Virus record (IMG/VR): IMGVR_UViG_3300025430_000028
Coordinates: 1-55,475 of that record
From: a virus
Taxonomy: Duplodnaviria > Caudoviricetes
Direction: 5' to 3' (one strand)
DNA length: 55,475 nucleotides
The notes beneath the pieces were generated by a model that was not told the origin of the DNA, did no database searches, and was given only the letters and a program-made list of their open reading frames with translations. Made by a program: the position numbers and the translations under genes. Of the stretch, positions 40,394 to 48,363 are shown in pieces; position 1 is the first letter of the stretch; each line of letters starts with the position of its first letter.

Positions 40394-41031
40394 TTTAAAC
40401 TTTTTACTTTTTTATATAATCTTACATGCCTATTTATAGGATGAAGCTTTTCAAATCCTTTGAAATACATTAATACATCTAATCCAACATGAGAAAATAT
40501 AGTTGAGTGACCTATACTTGGCTCTATATATGTAAAATCTTCTAATGAAATATTTTCCTCCTTAGCAACATCTGTAAAAGAGGTTTCAATATAAAGTATT
40601 CCATCTTTATGCAATACACTACTTATTAAATCTATTTCATCAAACGGATGGCTCAAATGTTCTATTACCTCAACCATTGTTACTGCATGAAATATTGGTT
40701 GATTTGGGATATACTGAAAATCTGAATTATATTTATCATAACCAAAACAAGTAAACCCAGATTTATTAAAATCCTCTACTAACATACCATGACCACAACC
40801 AAAGTCAAGAATATTAATGCCATTTTTATTGCCCCCAAATATATTAGATATTCTATTAATCCTTTCTTGATTCTGTTGTTCATTTCTTTCTATTTCCATA
40901 CCTCCACCAACCATATCTTCATTATTTAAAGGGCCACTAAATAATGTCTTACATCCCTTACATTCATAATATTGAACATCTTTTTTCTTTAATCTAGGCA
41001 TTGACTTGTTAGTGCAGATTGGGCAGTTCAT
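40390..41031 (-). CDS. class I SAM-dependent methyltransferase with N-terminal Zn-binding motif; start probably MNCPIC
   Basis: CPIC/CKGC, ILDFGCGHG, EVIEHL, GILYIET. Confidence 0.85.
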   Translation of the reverse strand: MNCPICTNKSMPRLKKKDVQYYECKGCKTLFSGPLNNEDMVGGGMEIERNEQQNQERINRISNIFGGNKNGINILDFGCGHGMLVEDFNKSGFTCFGYDKYNSDFQYIPNQPIFHAVTMVEVIEHLSHPFDEIDLISSVLHKDGILYIETSFTDVAKEENISLEDFTYIEPSIGHSTIFSHVGLDVLMYFKGFEKLHPINRHVRLYKKVKSLK

Positions 41032-41110
41032 TGCATTTTGTTTTTTATATTTGACCAAAAATATGTAATTTAGCTATTCATTCATTCATTCATTCATAAA
41101 TTATTTAAAA

Positions 41111-41356
41111 ATGGCACAGATTTTCGCAGTTAATGTTTATGCAATTAACTACAATGCACCTTTGAAAACTCCTCAGTTTCAAGGATTTAACCCAACAAAT
41201 GTTAAGTTCCGTCCAGCATCATCAGGAACAGTATCTGCTTCAGGACAAATTCTTTACGGTATCGTAGAAGAATTACCTAGAGGTCTTAATGTAGACAGCG
41301 TTCAGTTTGCTGTTGTTGAAACAGTTTCTCAATTAGTTGCATTAGCTAATGCTTAA
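41111..41356 (+). CDS. small protein, lone plus-strand gene with its own terminator
   Basis: 81 aa, A-rich start context, ends SQLVALANA. Confidence 0.75.
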   Translation: MAQIFAVNVYAINYNAPLKTPQFQGFNPTNVKFRPASSGTVSASGQILYGIVEELPRGLNVDSVQFAVVETVSQLVALANA

Positions 41357-41377
41357 TTTTAAAAAGGAAATTAAGTT

Positions 41378-41400
41378 AGCCCCCTTTCGGGGGCTTTTTT
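41378..41400 (+). terminator. intrinsic terminator
   Basis: AGCCCCC-TTTC-GGGGGCT-TTTTT. Confidence 0.85.
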
Positions 41401-41407
41401 ATTTAAT

Positions 41408-41638
41408 TTAATTCAAAACATTTTTAGGCTTTGATACTAACCTATACTGTACAAAGTTTGAAACATTACCATTCCTATCTTTTTTTGATATAGGTATTGA
41501 TTGAATGTCATATCCTCTTTTTCTCATTGAGAATATATGAGCTGACAACCTTGTAACGCCATAAGCCTTAATAGCATCCCAAGATGTAATTGTTTTTTTA
41601 GAGAATAAATGATTCTCTACTTGTTGTTGTTTTGTCAT
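41408..41638 (-). CDS. winged helix-turn-helix protein
   Basis: ITSWDAIKAYGVTRLSAHIFSMRKRGYDI pattern. Confidence 0.75.
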   Translation of the reverse strand: MTKQQQVENHLFSKKTITSWDAIKAYGVTRLSAHIFSMRKRGYDIQSIPISKKDRNGNVSNFVQYRLVSKPKNVLN

Positions 41639-41643
41639 TGTTT

Positions 41644-41946
41644 TTAATTTAAAATTTTAATAATTTCATTTTGTTCCATGCTTTTAATTTGGTCTAATGT
41701 TAAATCTAATTTTAAACCAATTTTAACTGGTATATGATAAGTTTTAGTAACCTTACCTTCCCATCTTTCTCCATTATCTAAATAAATATATCTACCTCTT
41801 TGTTCTTTTAATTTAACTCCTTTGCTATCTTTTGATATGATTATTTCTAATTCAGCTACCAAATTTCCTTCTTTGAAGTGTATTTTATCGGGGAACTCAG
41901 TCATTATATTTAATTTAGAATGGTAAATCGGTAGCAATATCTTCAC
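41644..41946 (-). CDS. hypothetical protein (start may be the internal MTEF)
   Basis: ORF packed into the replication operon. Confidence 0.55.
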   Translation of the reverse strand: MKILLPIYHSKLNIMTEFPDKIHFKEGNLVAELEIIISKDSKGVKLKEQRGRYIYLDNGERWEGKVTKTYHIPVKIGLKLDLTLDQIKSMEQNEIIKILN

Positions 41947-42295
41947 TATTTACTTGAGTAATATTACTTGATTCAGACTTGGATAACAATTGAATGTTAC
42001 TTACTCTAACCTTTAATTGAGGAACTGTTTTGCCTTCTTTATTTGTATATAAAGTAACTTCAGGCGTTCCTTCAATAAATATTTGAGTTCCTTTCTTCAA
42101 ATACTGCGATATACCTGTTTTTTCTACCCAATAGGCGCAACTCATCCACAAAGTATCAGTAACATCAACTCCTTGAGAGTTTTTATACCTATTACTGTAA
42201 CACAGCGTAAAGTTTACAACATTCTTACCAAATGCATTGTTAACTACTGCATCATTACCTAAATTTCCAATTACTTGGATTCTACATAGTCCCAT
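41915..42295 (-). CDS. ssb: single-stranded DNA-binding protein
   Basis: IGNLG.DA, YLKKGTQIFIEG, acidic DLPF C-tail. Confidence 0.92.
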   Translation of the reverse strand: MGLCRIQVIGNLGNDAVVNNAFGKNVVNFTLCYSNRYKNSQGVDVTDTLWMSCAYWVEKTGISQYLKKGTQIFIEGTPEVTLYTNKEGKTVPQLKVRVSNIQLLSKSESSNITQVNSEDIATDLPF

Positions 42296-42314
42296 AATTA
42301 TTGTTTTTTATTGT

Positions 42315-44186
42315 TTAAAATGGAAAATTATCTTGTTCTGCTTTGTTATCAGGTATTAAACCATTTGTTTCTCTGAACATTATCTTATTAGCTTTATCTA
42401 TATCACAAAAAACATTATCAGATGAATCACAATACCTTTTAGTACTCCAGTTAAGTTGTATTTCAAAATGTCCCAACTTTCCTCCTGTTCTTTTTCTTTT
42501 TATTTTCTGAATATAAATTGTAACATGTGGGTCATTTTTATTTATATGGAAGTTGGGTCTATAATATGAAACAATATTATCACATTTATTACCCCACATA
42601 GCACCTCCTGCAATATCATACATATCAACTACTGGCAAAGACTTATCATCTTTATATGAAGGGTTTTTTGGGTGAGTAATTATACTATAAGATACTCCAT
42701 TTAATAATGCAAATCTCTTTACATCTTTTAATACTAAACTAAGATATTGGTCATCCCTCTCGTAAGGTTTTTGAGTCTTATCTAATTGATTAAATGGGTC
42801 AATCAAAACTCCATCAACTCCTTTCTTTAAAATTAAATATCTAAACTTCTTATGTATAGATTCTAGGTCATGTTCATCATCAGGATATACATAATAAATA
42901 TGTTCATTTATAAAATGACAAGCCATTACGTATTCATCTTCGGTCATATCTCCTAACCATTTACCAGCATACATTTCAACTAAGTCATCATAGAAATCAT
43001 TAGCAGGAAAATTCTCAGGAGAAAACACAGCCCACTTCCATCCATCATAAATACTCTTAGTAAGCATTAGTTGCAACCAAAAAAATGTCTTACCATGATT
43101 ACCATATCCAACAACTAAATTAACATCTCCCTTCTTCCATCTAAAATAATCATCCATCTCACCAAATCTTGTTGTAGGTGAAAGCTCAACTCCTTTCTTA
43201 AAGCTATCAAGCATAGAAGGAAATACATCTTCAAGATAATATATACCATCAATTGGTATAGAATTTGAATTTAAAATAACTTCCTGAACCTTCTCTTTAC
43301 CAAATGCTAATAAAACTTCGTTAAGGTCTTTACATGGTCTTTTAATTCCATTTCCGCCATCAATAACTTTATCATTTGGATATGCAACAAATCTACATTT
43401 TTCAACACCTAATCTTCTAATTAATTCTTCCCTAAGATTAGACCCAGCTTCGTCTCCATCAGTTGCAATAACAAACTCTTCTATTTCTGAAATCCATTCT
43501 GAACAATTATCTAAATAATCTAACTTCTGAGAGCCTTTACTAGCTCCATTTGGCACAGATAATATTCCCCATCTTCCTAATTCATGTTCAATGACTTCTC
43601 CATTTTTATCTGGCATTGGAGGATAATCATTTGAAAATCCACTTTCATAAACTGCTAATGCATCCCATTCTCCTTCAGTTATTATCGCACAATTCTTTCC
43701 ATTTAAAGTTTGCATACCAAAGAAAACTAATTCAGCATCTTTAATTAACCTAAAATTTTTAGCACCGTCTCTGTACTTCGCATTAACAATTTCTCCATTA
43801 CGAATATAAGGAAAAACAATGCACCTTTCTTTCTTTTGAGTTGAAGGCATCCACTCCTCTTTTCCATGAATTAAAAACTTATCTAAAGTTCTTTTTGAAA
43901 TACCTCTCTTAGCAGAATAATCAACAATTCTTTCGCTTAATTGAATTCCGCTTAACATACTTTGAGGAGGCTTTTGATATTTCTTAGCTTCTTTTCTTTC
44001 AAAGCTTCTTACGTTACCATGCCAGCCACAATGATGACAGTTATAAGCTCCTTCTGTAATATTCACAGATAGGCATGGGTCTTTTTTGTTTCTTCTACTG
44101 TCAGAGCATTTAGGGCATTGTGTTTTTTCAGTACCAGCTCTTTTTCTTAAAATAATTCCTAAGTTAGATAATTTGTCGTAGTACAT
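42315..44186 (-). CDS. primase-helicase (T7 gp4/Twinkle-like: Zn finger, TOPRIM, SF4 helicase)
   Basis: CPKC..CHHC; ITEGEWDAL; ATDGDEAG; KDLNE; GYGNHGKT; LIDPFN; ITHP. Confidence 0.9.
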   Translation of the reverse strand: MYYDKLSNLGIILRKRAGTEKTQCPKCSDSRRNKKDPCLSVNITEGAYNCHHCGWHGNVRSFERKEAKKYQKPPQSMLSGIQLSERIVDYSAKRGISKRTLDKFLIHGKEEWMPSTQKKERCIVFPYIRNGEIVNAKYRDGAKNFRLIKDAELVFFGMQTLNGKNCAIITEGEWDALAVYESGFSNDYPPMPDKNGEVIEHELGRWGILSVPNGASKGSQKLDYLDNCSEWISEIEEFVIATDGDEAGSNLREELIRRLGVEKCRFVAYPNDKVIDGGNGIKRPCKDLNEVLLAFGKEKVQEVILNSNSIPIDGIYYLEDVFPSMLDSFKKGVELSPTTRFGEMDDYFRWKKGDVNLVVGYGNHGKTFFWLQLMLTKSIYDGWKWAVFSPENFPANDFYDDLVEMYAGKWLGDMTEDEYVMACHFINEHIYYVYPDDEHDLESIHKKFRYLILKKGVDGVLIDPFNQLDKTQKPYERDDQYLSLVLKDVKRFALLNGVSYSIITHPKNPSYKDDKSLPVVDMYDIAGGAMWGNKCDNIVSYYRPNFHINKNDPHVTIYIQKIKRKRTGGKLGHFEIQLNWSTKRYCDSSDNVFCDIDKANKIMFRETNGLIPDNKAEQDNFPF

Positions 44187-44309
44187 TGCATTTTTTGTTT
44201 TAGCATTTTAAATACTCAAATTTCGATTGTTTTATTAAAGTGATACAATGTATCCAAAATTATATTATCTTCGAAATTTGATACACTTCTGTTCGAAATA
44301 GAGCTATTT

Positions 44310-44897
44310 TTAGTAAACAGAGCCTTCCATAATATCTTTTGGGGTCAATCTACCCTTTTCAAACAAAGCTTGTTGGTCTTTCCCAAGTTTCTGAGTTGTG
44401 CCATCCTTGAAAACAACTTCCTTCCCATTTTCCGAAAAAGAAAAACCAATTTTTCTTTCTTCTTCTTTCTTTTCTTCTTTCTTTTCTTTTCCTTTCTTTT
44501 CCTTTCCTTTTATAGTATTAGCATCGTAATACGAATGTAATTCGTTCGTATTACCTTTGTTCCATCTTGAGTTGATTGATTCTCTTGCTTTATTGCTTTT
44601 ATTCTCCCTGATTCTCAATCTGTTAAGAGCAGAATTACTCCAAAATTTATCGTTATCAACTTCAAAAAGTCCAAAGTCATTTACTACGTTTCGTATAATT
44701 TCTTCATTCGTTTGTAATTCGAACGCTATACGTTCGTATTCCGAATGTTGTAGATAACCTACTTCTTCGTATAACATTTCTACAATGCACCAGTAAATTC
44801 CAACACCTTCCATTCCATGTTTCATTCTTAATCTCAGCAATTTTTTATCAGACCTAGAATGATAATCATGGGAGAACCAAAATGTATTCTTTGCCAT
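44310..44897 (-). CDS. putative replication initiator (DUF4373/Lin1244-like N-terminal domain)
   Basis: WFSHD...D.K...LR.KHG.EG.GIYW.IVEMLYE; Lys/Glu linker; upstream of the helicase. Confidence 0.75.
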   Translation of the reverse strand: MAKNTFWFSHDYHSRSDKKLLRLRMKHGMEGVGIYWCIVEMLYEEVGYLQHSEYERIAFELQTNEEIIRNVVNDFGLFEVDNDKFWSNSALNRLRIRENKSNKARESINSRWNKGNTNELHSYYDANTIKGKEKKGKEKKEEKKEEERKIGFSFSENGKEVVFKDGTTQKLGKDQQALFEKGRLTPKDIMEGSVY

Positions 44898-44911
44898 TGT
44901 TATTATATTTT

Positions 44912-45106
44912 TTATAAACTAAAACTTGTACCAAGAACTTTATTTATTACTTTTAATTTATCATCAGACATTAAAATAATTTTTTGTCTTAAAATTGAAT
45001 AAAGAGTTGGATATGGTATCTTTGTTTTTCTATTTAACCAAGCAAGATTTCTTTCTTGACTTTGAAGCTCTTGTAGTATTAAATCTCTCGTGTCTTTTTT
45101 ATCCAT
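44912..45106 (-). CDS. Cro-like HTH regulator
   Basis: 64 aa; LAWL.RKT.IPY.TLYSIL. Confidence 0.65.
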   Translation of the reverse strand: MDKKDTRDLILQELQSQERNLAWLNRKTKIPYPTLYSILRQKIILMSDDKLKVINKVLGTSFSL

Positions 45107-45117
45107 TATTATAATTT

Positions 45118-46071
45118 TTAATTATTTAAAATATTTATTATTTTAAAAATTTCAAAAGCAACTTGTGGTACTATTGCATTTCCATAGGCTTTTATTGATT
45201 CGTTTCTCCATTTAGAAAAGGTGATTCCGTCCAATTTGTTGGGAAGCCCATCATTTCCCCCACAAATCGGGGGTTCAACTGGGAAGTTTTTGAAGTTGTT
45301 AATTCCATCTCTGCTATTTGGTCTGTTAAATTTCCCTTGCCTCTCTTGTCCGATGTGTTCCCTCTGCTTGCTTGTGCTGTTGGTGTACATAGCATCCCAA
45401 CTAATGAATTCCTTTTCGCTTGACTCGGTGGTAAAGTTGAATTTTTCCCATCCTGTGCCATCGGTGTCGGGAACATGTTTATCATTACTCTCCCTAAATT
45501 TAAACTGTGAGAATCTTTTTTGTTTTTTGTTAATCTTCTCCCATTTTCGTTCATTTCGCATTGACTCGTCGGTTCTTGTGTCGTTGGAGTGGGCAATAAA
45601 CCAAATTCTTTCTCTTCTGTGCGGAGCGTTGACGCTTGCAGCAGGAATAATAAACGGTTGGACTTCATAACCTTGCCCTTCCAAGTCAGAACACACCTCA
45701 TCGAATACCAATCCCCCCCCCCAACTAACAAGTCCACGAACGTTTTCCCCAATAATCCATTCGGGTTGTACTTCTTTAATAACTCTAAGCATTTCAGGAA
45801 AGAGATGTCTTTCGTCGGCTTTCCCTTTTCTAAGCCCTGCTGTTGAGTATGGCTGGCACGGGAATCCTCCTGTAAGAATGTCAATACTTCCTCTGTGAAT
45901 AGAGAAGTCTGTTTTAGTAATGTCATTATAACTAATTGAATTTGGAAAATGATGTTTTAAAACTTTTTGTCCAAATGGATTCCATTCACAATGAAATATA
46001 TTTTCCCATCCCATCCATTCAGCAGCTAAATCAAAACCACCTATACCACTAAATAAACTTCCATGTCTCAT
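45118..46071 (-). CDS. C5 cytosine DNA methyltransferase, large (alpha) subunit
   Basis: Motifs I FSGIGG, IV GFPCQ, VI ENV, VIII RERIW, X YGNAIV; no motif IX in this frame. Confidence 0.92.
   Translation of the reverse strand: MRHGSLFSGIGGFDLAAEWMGWENIFHCEWNPFGQKVLKHHFPNSISYNDITKTDFSIHRGSIDILTGGFPCQPYSTAGLRKGKADERHLFPEMLRVIKEVQPEWIIGENVRGLVSWGGGLVFDEVCSDLEGQGYEVQPFIIPAASVNAPHRRERIWFIAHSNDTRTDESMRNERKWEKINKKQKRFSQFKFRESNDKHVPDTDGTGWEKFNFTTESSEKEFISWDAMYTNSTSKQREHIGQERQGKFNRPNSRDGINNFKNFPVEPPICGGNDGLPNKLDGITFSKWRNESIKAYGNAIVPQVAFEIFKIINILNN
45192..45926 (-). CDS. nested alternative-frame small (beta) subunit of the C5 methyltransferase
   Basis: 244 aa open frame wholly inside alpha; ends with motif-IX-like LNPRFVGEMMGFPTNWT. 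Confidence 0.75.
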   Translation of the reverse strand: MTLLKQTSLFTEEVLTFLQEDSRASHTQQQGLEKGKPTKDISFLKCLELLKKYNPNGLLGKTFVDLLVGGGDWYSMRCVLTWKGKVMKSNRLLFLLQASTLRTEEKEFGLLPTPTTQEPTSQCEMNENGRRLTKNKKDSHSLNLGRVMINMFPTPMAQDGKNSTLPPSQAKRNSLVGMLCTPTAQASRGNTSDKRGKGNLTDQIAEMELTTSKTSQLNPRFVGEMMGFPTNWTESPFLNGETNQ

Positions 46072-46168
46072 TTGTTTTGTATTAATTTTTCACAAAGTAA
46101 AATATAAAAAACTAATCTACAAAATTTATTTTTATAAAAATTTATTTTATTTTTTAAAATAGTTAATA

Positions 46169-46176
46169 TACTTTTG
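46169..46176 (+). promoter_or_regulatory. Bacteroidota -7 promoter element TACTTTTG
   Basis: Matches TAnnTTTG at the head of a divergent operon. Confidence 0.6.
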
Positions 46177-46180
46177 TTAG

Positions 46181-46315
46181 ATGAAAGAAGAACATAGACA
46201 AAACATCTTTCTAATAATGAAGTTACTTAACCTTGAAATGAAAATAGAAAAAGATGGTGTAGTAACTAATTGGAGATGGGATTATAAAAACAATAAACCA
46301 ATAAAAATTAAATAA
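46181..46315 (+). CDS. hypothetical protein, 44 aa, probably leaderless (not in ORF track)
   Basis: MKEEHRQNIFL...KPIKIK*; ends 2 nt before the next ATG. Confidence 0.55.
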   Translation: MKEEHRQNIFLIMKLLNLEMKIEKDGVVTNWRWDYKNNKPIKIK

Positions 46316-46317
46316 CA

Positions 46318-46587
46318 ATGAATGTAACTTCAAAACACAAAGTAGAAACTTTATCAATTGGCAGCGAGTTTAATGACATGGAATTATTAGTTGGATATGA
46401 TGTAGTAACCGTACATAATCCAATTAGAATTGAAGAAGGTCATGGTAGACATTTATTTAATGAAGATGAAGAAAGTATTGAATTAACTTCTGTTGAAGTT
46501 GTAATTAATGGGAATGGTATTGATATACTTTCTAAATTAGATTTAAAACAAAAAAGAACAATAATTGACGAACTTGAAAACTATTAA
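46318..46587 (+). CDS. hypothetical protein
   Basis: 89 aa acidic ORF in a tightly packed operon. Confidence 0.7.
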   Translation: MNVTSKHKVETLSIGSEFNDMELLVGYDVVTVHNPIRIEEGHGRHLFNEDEESIELTSVEVVINGNGIDILSKLDLKQKRTIIDELENY

Positions 46588-46589
46588 CA

Positions 46590-47099
46590 ATGGGATTAAA
46601 AGAAATACAAGAACTAAAAGAAAATGCAAAGATACCTAAACAAAAAAAGCAATATACCATACCAAAGATTTCCGATAAAAAGAAAAAACAATTAGACAAA
46701 GAAAAGTTAGAAGTATTAGAAGCGGAAGCTAAGATAGGTAAAAGCGCAGAGCTTGATAGATGGTTTCAAGATAGAAGAAAAGAAATGACTGGTATATGTA
46801 AAAATTGCGGAGGTAAAACATGCAGAGATGATAATATGTATTATAAATTTTCAATAGCGCATATACTTCCAAAAGCTTATTTTAAAAGCATAAAGACAAA
46901 TGAAAACAATTGGATTGAGCTTTGTTTTTGGGGAAACAATTGTCATGCAGGAATGGATAATAAAATGATTGACTTAATGGATATGAATTGCTTTGATGAG
47001 ATAATAACTAAGACTTCAAAAATGTATCCTCATATTGCTCAAGAAGAAAGAAGAAGAATTCCTAAAGTTTTAATTGATTATATAGAAACAGAATTATAA
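46590..47099 (+). CDS. HNH-like Zn-binding nuclease-fold protein
   Basis: CKNC...AHILPK...N.IELC.....CH. Confidence 0.6.
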   Translation: MGLKEIQELKENAKIPKQKKQYTIPKISDKKKKQLDKEKLEVLEAEAKIGKSAELDRWFQDRRKEMTGICKNCGGKTCRDDNMYYKFSIAHILPKAYFKSIKTNENNWIELCFWGNNCHAGMDNKMIDLMDMNCFDEIITKTSKMYPHIAQEERRRIPKVLIDYIETEL

Positions 47100-47110
47100 A
47101 ATTTTAAACA

Positions 47111-47281
47111 ATGATAGTATTTCAATTATTATTACTAGCATATTTTATTGGCATAATTATATCATTTCTTTTAATTAAAGTTGTAAATTTTTTTACTAAA
47201 AAAGAAGATGAAATAATACCATTAGAATTTTCGTTTTTTAGTTGGTATGTAGTTTACTCAATATTAATAGAAATAAAATGA
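47111..47281 (+). CDS. small membrane protein, 56 aa (not in ORF track)
   Basis: MIVFQLLLLAYFIGIIISFLLIK...; TGA overlaps the next ATG. Confidence 0.55.
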   Translation: MIVFQLLLLAYFIGIIISFLLIKVVNFFTKKEDEIIPLEFSFFSWYVVYSILIEIK

Positions 47282-47607
47282 AAGAACAACAAGTTGTATC
47301 AGGAATAAAAAAGATTGCAATAGCTTCTGTTATTATGGAGTATGGTCTTTTACAATTAGTAGATAATACAAAAAATGATTTAAAGCAAAGAGCAAAAACA
47401 GCTATAGCTTCATCAAAAAGAATACAAGACTATTTTAAATTTAATCCAAATGTAAATGGTAAGTTTAAAAACATATTTGAAAAAGAATTTTTAAAATCAG
47501 AGATACTTCTTATAGCAGAATTATTTGAATTATTATCTGGGTTTGATGAAGAAGGATTAGAAGTAATTATTGATGCAATTAAAAAAAGTACAAACAATGA
47601 ACTATAA
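47278..47607 (+). CDS. hypothetical protein (start corrected to MKEQQ)
   Basis: ATGA coupling with the upstream ORF. Confidence 0.65.
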   Translation: MKEQQVVSGIKKIAIASVIMEYGLLQLVDNTKNDLKQRAKTAIASSKRIQDYFKFNPNVNGKFKNIFEKEFLKSEILLIAELFELLSGFDEEGLEVIIDAIKKSTNNEL

Positions 47608-47887
47608 GAAAACAAGTGGAGTAATAGATTTTTACAAAGATGACGTATTTGAATATTCAGCAAAGTATAGTAGTATCTTACAGAGAAAAAAACTTATTGA
47701 TGAATTCTTTTCTAAAGTTAAAAATATAATAAATAGATGTACATTCTTTTATATTATAAGGCCGGATGAAAAGTTTGTAAGTATAAAAACAAGAGATTTA
47801 TTAGATTACCCAGACCTCCCAACTGAAAGCCCTAAGAGAGTTAAATCAGAATATTCAAATAAAAGATTGTACGAAGAACTTATTTAG
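47597..47887 (+). CDS. hypothetical protein (start corrected to MNYKK)
   Basis: caaacaATG context; last gene of the plus-strand block. Confidence 0.6.
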   Translation: MNYKKTSGVIDFYKDDVFEYSAKYSSILQRKKLIDEFFSKVKNIINRCTFFYIIRPDEKFVSIKTRDLLDYPDLPTESPKRVKSEYSNKRLYEELI

Positions 47888-48149
47888 TGCCATCCTGAAG
47901 TGGAATTGAATTATCATTATCTATTTTTCTATAGCCTTCTTTCCAAAGAAGCTTAGTTAATGCAATGCTAATTCGTTCCACTTCTTCTTCTTCCTCTGCC
48001 GGTAATATTATATGTGTTGCTTCATGTAAAAGTATTTCTAATAGCTTCTTACCACGAATCCTTGAATCTATTTCAATACTATTATAACCACAATGGGCTA
48101 TGCCATAAATTTTATTAAGTTTCTTATATGTTACTTTAATGTTTTTCAT
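47880..48149 (-). CDS. small zincin-like HEXXH metalloprotease-fold protein (start probably MKNIK)
   Basis: LLHEATH...EEEVE. Confidence 0.65.
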   Translation of the reverse strand: MKNIKVTYKKLNKIYGIAHCGYNSIEIDSRIRGKKLLEILLHEATHIILPAEEEEEVERISIALTKLLWKEGYRKIDNDNSIPLQDGTK

Positions 48150-48363
48150 TTTGAAAGTCTTTAAAGAAATCAGAAGCTTCATCTATGCTATTTATAGCGG
48201 CCTTTGCATATAAAGCAGCGTCTAATAATTCTTCATATTGATGGACTAACCAATCTCTTAATGTTAAATCAGACCTATCCATTGTTGTGTTATACTTATT
48301 TATACCACGTTCTTCTCTTGATTTTAAATCTTTAATTACATTCTGTAGTAATTTGCTTGTCAT
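48136..48363 (-). CDS. all-alpha NTP pyrophosphohydrolase (MazG-like) small protein
   Basis: RG..KY.TT.DR.DL...WL.H..EE.LDA.LY. Confidence 0.6.
   Translation of the reverse strand: MTSKLLQNVIKDLKSREERGINKYNTTMDRSDLTLRDWLVHQYEELLDAALYAKAAINSIDEASDFFKDFQNEKH

Noticed and set aside
45221-45846. Plus-strand ORFs opposite the methyltransferase
   Set aside because: Expected stop-codon depletion opposite a GC-richer double-coded region; no motifs.
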